DNA of 64,000 nucleotides from Minisyncoccia bacterium (GTDB lineage Bacteria; Patescibacteriota; Minisyncoccia; Phycocordibacterales; UBA9973): NCBI GenBank assembly GCA_038249055.1, contig JBBRWS010000003.1, positions 24,374 to 88,373 of the forward strand, read 5' to 3'. Shown piece by piece: positions 59,124 to 64,000 of this stretch (position 1 is its first letter; each line of letters starts with the position of its first letter). The notes under the pieces were generated by a model. It saw only the letters and a program-made list of their open reading frames with translations, ran no database searches and was not told where the DNA came from. The position numbers and the translations under genes were made by a program.

Positions 59124-59335
59124 ATTTTCGCGTGGGTTTTTAGTAATATGTCTTAAGTAGCAAAAATGGCTACACAAGAACGCGACAATTCCTTTCGGAA
59201 CTGCCCTACACACCTTTCGGTGTATAGACCCACGCGAGTAGTTGCGACTTATGTAGCCGTTTTTACTCGCGTGGGATTCTATGTGACCATACTTTAGAGC
59301 AATTCCCTAAAGGTTAGGTTTGTAAATTTATTATA
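59124..59335 (-). promoter_or_regulatory. Candidate cis-regulatory structured RNA leader (riboswitch/attenuator-like) with promoter
   Basis: Minus-sense TATAAT at 59330-59335; ~50% GC island; 12-bp hairpin CCCACGCGAGUA/UACUCGCGUGGG, two GAAA-tetraloop hairpins (ACACC-GAAA-GGUGU, UUCC-GAAA-GGAA), GUAGC hairpin, loop GGCUACA complementary to downstream UGUAGCC, and a third copy CCCACGCGA 4 nt before AUG able to pair with the hairpin 3' arm. Confidence 0.45.
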
Positions 59336-59396
59336 TCTTATTTATAAAATATACAAAACAATGATAAATACTGTTTTTTATTTTAACCAAAAAGAT

Positions 59397-59738
59397 CTAT
59401 GCTTTAATTGTTTTAATTATTTTATTGATTATACTTAAATCACTTGATTCTTTAAAAGAATAACTATATGTTAGATTAGAATCACTCATATATTTTGCAT
59501 CTTTAAAACCTTTAAATTCAGGTTTTTTATCTAAATTTAATCCTAAAACTAATTTACCCTTATCTACAAATTTGCCTTTTAAAAATAAGACTACAACTAC
59601 CTTGTCATTTTTTGAATATCTTATATATAATGGAAAAACACGAAACATTATATTTTTATCTGCTGAGATAATTTTAGAATGGATTTCACCAGCCAATTTA
59701 TTTTTATTTATTATTTTTTCTAAATTTTTATTTTCCAT
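59397..59738 (-). CDS. Hypothetical protein immediately downstream of hsdR
   Basis: 113 aa, 6-bp gap to hsdR. Confidence 0.45.
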   Translation of the reverse strand: MENKNLEKIINKNKLAGEIHSKIISADKNIMFRVFPLYIRYSKNDKVVVVLFLKGKFVDKGKLVLGLNLDKKPEFKGFKDAKYMSDSNLTYSYSFKESSDLSIINKIIKTIKA

Positions 59739-59743
59739 ATTTA

Positions 59744-62700
59744 TTAAGCATATGCCATCATTTTTTTGTCTTGGAAGTGTTCATACACAAAGTTATAAAT
59801 TTCAAATCCTTTTAATTCACACTCTATTTCTGTATATGTAGGTTCTGGTAATTTAGTAAAAAGTAGGTCTGAAATTGCAATTTTTACTCCAGCACGGTTT
59901 GTTTCAAAATCTCTCCAGTGTGGGACCAATAGTGGCTCAAGATTTGTTAATAATTCGTGAGTAGCACCTTTTATACTTGCAACCTCATCTGGATTTAGGT
60001 TTTCCTTTACTAATAGATCAAAGATAGCTAATTCTTCCTCACTTAAATTTTCTTTGACTGTTCTTTGCTCCTCTACTGTTAAATCTTTTGCTAGGATAAT
60101 AAGGCTTTCAAATAATTGATCAATATCGTGCGCACCACTATTATATTCTTGTAGAAGATTAACAAGTCTATCCATAAATTTAGCTCTTTTTTTATTCTTT
60201 TTTACCATTTCTGTTATTTTTTGATCAAGTTCGGTAGTCATTGATTCTACTTGTAAGTTCTTATTATCAAGACCAGCAAAAAAAGTTTGCAACGCCTCAG
60301 CATCAAGAATGCTTAAATCTTTTATTTTTTTATGCTGGGGAATTACATATTGTCCAGCTTGGATTGATTTATCAAGTAAGTCCTCTAAATCTTTTTTAAC
60401 TTGAGATACATCAATACTCTGTGAGCCTACATCACGAATACGTGATGCTAATACACGAACTGCTGTAACTTCTTTGTAATAATCTTCTGCACTTGGGTCT
60501 GGTAATACTGAGCGATACGCATTTTGTAAATCACTAGCTAAATTTAAGAATTTCTTCTTTTCCTCAAGTTTTCCAATTATTGTATTGGCATATTTCTCTA
60601 ATAATAATATTTTTTCTTCACTAGGAGCATTAAGTAAGACATCAATATCAATTTGCTCAGCACTTAAAAATTCTTTTGTTGTTTTGATACTTTTCTTAAG
60701 ATCATTAAGAAGTTCATCTTTACTTTTAATTATTTCGTCTTCATCGGCTCCATTTGTTGCATATAAAGCCAGAGCACGTTCAATATTCTTAAATACTCCA
60801 ATATAATCAACAATTATTCCATTCTTTTTACCCTCATCTGCTACACGATTAGCACGAGCAATCGTTTGCATTAAAGTATGGTTCTTTAGTGGTTTGTCTA
60901 AATACAAAGTTGAAAGATTAGGCACATCAAATCCAGTAATCCACATCGCACAAACAAAAACAATTCTTAAATTACTATCTGCTTTTTTGAATTCATCTTC
61001 TAAATTTCCGTGAATTATTCTTTCTCTAATTGGTTTAACATCAATTTCAAATTCTGCCATATCAGCAATTTCATTTTGATTATCACCTAGACTAACCATT
61101 ACAGCCATATCTACATTTTCGTGTTGTTCTAATTTCAATAATATTTTTTCTTTTTCACGCTCGTCCGTAGCACGAGAAAGATCCATACGTAACTTTGCAA
61201 TATAGCGACCCCATTCTTTCTTTACCTTGTCATACATTCTAAAAGTAGTTTTCTTATCAATAGAAACAACCATTGCTTTTCCATCATACCCTCGTCCTAC
61301 ATAGTGTTCTACAATATCTCTCGCAATAGTATCCAAACGATCTTCACGAGTTATAATTTCATAAAAATTAGAATATTCTCTTTCTATTTTTTCTTCCTCA
61401 TCTTCGTTAAGGTCATATCTCTCCATAAGTTGACCTAATTGTTCTTCAAGATTTTCATTAACATTGTTTAATCTAGGCACTCTGTTTTCATAATAAAGAG
61501 GAACGGTTGCTCCATCGGTTACTGACTGACTAAAGTTATAAATTGAAACATAATTTCCAAATGTCTTAACTGTCTCAGCCTCACCATCTGCCATAAGAGG
61601 TGTTCCTGTAAATCCTATAAAAGATGCCTTAGGTAGAGCCTTACGCATATTTAGAGCCATACTGTCGTATTGAGTTCGGTGAGCCTCATCAGTAATTACA
61701 ATAATTTCTTCTCTTTCAGAAATAGGACCACTAATATCTTGAAATTTCTGAATAGTAGTAAATATTTGACGGTGGTCACCAGCTAGTAAATCCTTTAGAT
61801 TAGCTATGCTATCTGCGTGAACTTCTGATTCGTGGATTACTCCAACATTTACGAAGTTTTTATAAGCCTGTCCATCAAGTTGATTTCTGTCCGTAACAAT
61901 AACAAAAGTAAAATTACCAACAAGTTTTCGTAAAACTTTTTGTGAAAGCCAAACCATAGAATATGATTTACCTGAACCTTGTGTATGCCAGAACACACCC
62001 AACTTACCAGCTAATTCTTTTCTTTTGATGGCATTATCAAAAGCAAGATTTACCCCCAAATATTGAAAGTATCTTGGGACAATCTTTTTAACATCACTAC
62101 CTGATTCATCAAATAAAATAAAATTTTCAAAAATATCTAAAAGTCGCGTTTTGTTACAAATACCACTGAGTATTGTAGCTAAATCAGTTTTTGGTTTATC
62201 TTTCTCGTCTCCAGTTTTTTTCCATTCATTAAAAAATTCATATGGTGCTGTAAGTGAACCAAACTTATTTTCAATACCATTTGAAATAATAATACCTAAG
62301 TTATACCAAAATAATTTAGGTATAGTATCTTTATAATCACGAATATTATCACGGTGTGCATCTACTAAGCTTATATGTGAGGCTTTTAATTCTAATAATA
62401 TAAGAGGTATACCATTCACAAAAACAACCACGTCTGGTCGTCGTGTATACATTTCTCCAACCACCCATAATTGAGATACCATTAAAAAATGATTATCCTC
62501 TGCTTTTTCAAAATCAAAAAACTGCACTCGTTCAGTTCCCATATCGCCGTTTTCTAATTGAACATTTACGTTCACTCCACTTTGTAGTAGTTTATATATT
62601 TCTTGATTAGCCTTTATTAAACTAAGGTTTGATCGGTCACGAGTAATAATATCTACAGCTTGTGTAAGTGCATCAATTGATAAGGTTGGGTTAATTTTCT

Positions 62701-62875
62701 GAAGTGCTGGTAATAAATATTTCTTAAGAACTACTTCACCTTGGTTTTCACGTCCAAGCAAAAAATCATCTTCATCTTTATAAGCATTGATATGACATTT
62801 ATCATCACCCCATATTTCCTTTATAAGTTTAATAACTGTCTGTTCAACTAAATTGTCTTCATTAAATGGGTTCAT
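59744..62875 (-). CDS. hsdR: Type I restriction enzyme R subunit
   Basis: 1043 aa; HsdR N-terminal nuclease region, Walker A TQGSGKSYSM, DEAH box ITDEAHRTQ, helicase C motifs. Confidence 0.9.
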   Translation of the reverse strand: MNPFNEDNLVEQTVIKLIKEIWGDDKCHINAYKDEDDFLLGRENQGEVVLKKYLLPALQKINPTLSIDALTQAVDIITRDRSNLSLIKANQEIYKLLQSGVNVNVQLENGDMGTERVQFFDFEKAEDNHFLMVSQLWVVGEMYTRRPDVVVFVNGIPLILLELKASHISLVDAHRDNIRDYKDTIPKLFWYNLGIIISNGIENKFGSLTAPYEFFNEWKKTGDEKDKPKTDLATILSGICNKTRLLDIFENFILFDESGSDVKKIVPRYFQYLGVNLAFDNAIKRKELAGKLGVFWHTQGSGKSYSMVWLSQKVLRKLVGNFTFVIVTDRNQLDGQAYKNFVNVGVIHESEVHADSIANLKDLLAGDHRQIFTTIQKFQDISGPISEREEIIVITDEAHRTQYDSMALNMRKALPKASFIGFTGTPLMADGEAETVKTFGNYVSIYNFSQSVTDGATVPLYYENRVPRLNNVNENLEEQLGQLMERYDLNEDEEEKIEREYSNFYEIITREDRLDTIARDIVEHYVGRGYDGKAMVVSIDKKTTFRMYDKVKKEWGRYIAKLRMDLSRATDEREKEKILLKLEQHENVDMAVMVSLGDNQNEIADMAEFEIDVKPIRERIIHGNLEDEFKKADSNLRIVFVCAMWITGFDVPNLSTLYLDKPLKNHTLMQTIARANRVADEGKKNGIIVDYIGVFKNIERALALYATNGADEDEIIKSKDELLNDLKKSIKTTKEFLSAEQIDIDVLLNAPSEEKILLLEKYANTIIGKLEEKKKFLNLASDLQNAYRSVLPDPSAEDYYKEVTAVRVLASRIRDVGSQSIDVSQVKKDLEDLLDKSIQAGQYVIPQHKKIKDLSILDAEALQTFFAGLDNKNLQVESMTTELDQKITEMVKKNKKRAKFMDRLVNLLQEYNSGAHDIDQLFESLIILAKDLTVEEQRTVKENLSEEELAIFDLLVKENLNPDEVASIKGATHELLTNLEPLLVPHWRDFETNRAGVKIAISDLLFTKLPEPTYTEIECELKGFEIYNFVYEHFQDKKMMAYA

Positions 62876-62882
62876 AAATAAG

Positions 62883-64000
62883 TTATAGCTCCATTTTATT
62901 CAAATTAATTTCTGTTTCTTGTATTTGTTTTATTTTATCAAACATATTTACCACAATTTTTTTAAAACTATTAGCAGTATCTGAATCTGGAACAATAATT
63001 TTCATAGTTTTTAAAAATTTGAAATGCCTTGCGTATTCATTATTTTGTAATCCTGAGTTAAGTAAAGATACATAAAAAAGTTCTTGTGGCATTCGTAATA
63101 AGTCATTACTTAATATAAGTTGAGTTCCATCTGCCCCACAAGCAAATGGAAAATTACAATACTTAAAGCATCTTGTATGGTCACCAAATAAAATATATTC
63201 TTTATTATATACAGTAGAATCTTCATTCGTATACCCTCCAATAAACGCCTTTCCTTGATCAATAATCGGGAATTTACCAATATCTAGATATTCGTCTGTT
63301 TTAATTTTCCTTTTCCTCTTGACCTGTGTTAAAAGATTTTTAACTTGTTTAACTTCCCAACCAGTAGGAATATCACCAAATTTTGATTTACTATCAATAA
63401 ATTTAATTTTTTCATTCCCAGGAAATTTAAAATGAACAAACCAGTCTATATAAATTATATTTATCATTTTCTCTATCATTGAAGATGAACTAAATTCAAC
63501 ATTATTCCATTTAATATTTTTGGAAATTTGAGTTAATCTATTTGAAATTTCTATATCAATTTGATTATTTATTAATGTTTGCTTTTCTAAAAATGAATTT
63601 AAATTCATCAATTTTTCTTCAAGTGAAGTTTTGTTAAGAACAATCTCAGAATTATCAATATATTGCCTAGGGTTTAGGGAGTAATCACATTCTTTTATTT
63701 CATCAATACTTACAACTCTGCAACGGCCTCTAATATCAGAATACTTTTTATATCCTTGTTCACAACGATAGCTGCGGACAATTCCCACTATCTCTTGTAT
63801 TTGATCATCAGTCCAAAATTTTTTAACTCTTTCACCAGGAATTGAAGTGAATATATCGCTTACATTTAAAAATAATATTTCTTTTTCTCTTGGAGTTCCT
63901 TTTTTTGATTTATCAAAAAACCAAAGAGTTGTTGAAAGAGTCACATTGATAAACATATTTCCACCAACTACAATTATTACGTCAATTCCTCCAGATTCAA
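62883..64000 (-). CDS. hsdMS: Type I R-M methyltransferase C-terminal region continuing in-frame into a single-TRD specificity (HsdS-like) module; 5' end beyond window
   Basis: In-frame translation upstream of the annotated Met continues ...ESGGIDVIIVVGGN-MFINVTLSTTLWFFDKSKKG...SLNPRQYI (HsdM C-terminal motifs) with no stop, then coiled coil, IDWFVHFKFPG (HsdS conserved region) and IPTGWEVKQVKNL TRD; 8 bp upstream of hsdR. Confidence 0.55.
   Translation of the reverse strand, partial: ESGGIDVIIVVGGNMFINVTLSTTLWFFDKSKKGTPREKEILFLNVSDIFTSIPGERVKKFWTDDQIQEIVGIVRSYRCEQGYKKYSDIRGRCRVVSIDEIKECDYSLNPRQYIDNSEIVLNKTSLEEKLMNLNSFLEKQTLINNQIDIEISNRLTQISKNIKWNNVEFSSSSMIEKMINIIYIDWFVHFKFPGNEKIKFIDSKSKFGDIPTGWEVKQVKNLLTQVKRKRKIKTDEYLDIGKFPIIDQGKAFIGGYTNEDSTVYNKEYILFGDHTRCFKYCNFPFACGADGTQLILSNDLLRMPQELFYVSLLNSGLQNNEYARHFKFLKTMKIIVPDSDTANSFKKIVVNMFDKIKQIQETEINLNKMEL

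Noticed and set aside
58689-59213. Longer start (Met at 59213) for the membrane protein
   Set aside because: The extra 30 codons (MCRAVPKGIVAFLCSHFCYLRHITKNPREN) are translated from a GC-rich multi-hairpin element atypical for this genome's coding sequence; internal Met at 59123 gives a normal hydrophobic N-terminus
1-64000. CRISPR arrays, rRNA, tRNA
   Set aside because: No regularly spaced direct repeats, no GC-rich rRNA-like stretches, and no cloverleaf-compatible GC pockets were seen anywhere in the window

Overview
This is an AT-rich bacterial window, roughly 30% GC by eye. Most genes are short and tightly packed, and most lie on the minus strand. Short RpsA, VanW, FG-GAP and FN3 surface proteins, sensor kinases without regulators, many small membrane proteins and weak Shine-Dalgarno signals resemble reduced-genome Patescibacteria (CPR-like) bacteria. 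That placement is inference only. The window falls into six regions.

- **1-7.3 kb, translation and housekeeping.** A partial MBL-fold hydrolase, an IS200-like transposase fragment flanked by GC hairpins, then rpsA, pth, lepB, hisS, def, fmt and hpf.
- **7.3-20 kb, envelope and transport.** A DUF167 protein, an LctP-like permease, a 1156-aa surface protein built from repeated FN3 modules, a sensor kinase, a peptidoglycan-binding protein and MgtA. These are followed by a DEAD-box helicase with a Gly/Ser/Arg-rich N-terminal extension and a long structured 5' leader, a tiny basic protein and a cold-shock protein.
- **20-25 kb, mixed.** A stand-alone ATP-cone protein, a PEBP, an MFS transporter, YihY, a possible small RNA, an Smr protein, Maf and a Cys-rich small protein.
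- **25-30.5 kb, three co-regulated genes.** A plant-type soluble glycerol-3-phosphate acyltransferase-like gene and two tandem FG-GAP surface paralogs with T9SS-like C-terminal domains. All three share a promoter plus 5' leader hairpin that shows compensatory variation. An amidase lies between them.
- **30.5-42 kb, cell wall and salvage.** C39-like peptidase, VanW, PAS sensor kinase, guaC/hpt, L,D-transpeptidase, YggT and a metallophosphoesterase.
- **42-53.5 kb, small hypothetical genes.** A run of small secreted or membrane proteins, including a CYTH protein, an Asp-repeat calcium-binding-like protein and DinB. An intergenic motif (core GAAGTGGAAAC) recurs five times here.

- **53.5-64 kb, apparent defence island.** DUF4238, TPR, an HNH nuclease with an unknown N-terminal domain, five small hypothetical proteins, and a GC-rich structured leader with GNRA tetraloops and mutually exclusive pairing. 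The island ends with a type I R-M system in which the HsdM C-terminus runs in-frame into a single-TRD HsdS module just upstream of hsdR.

No rRNA, tRNA or CRISPR array was recognised.
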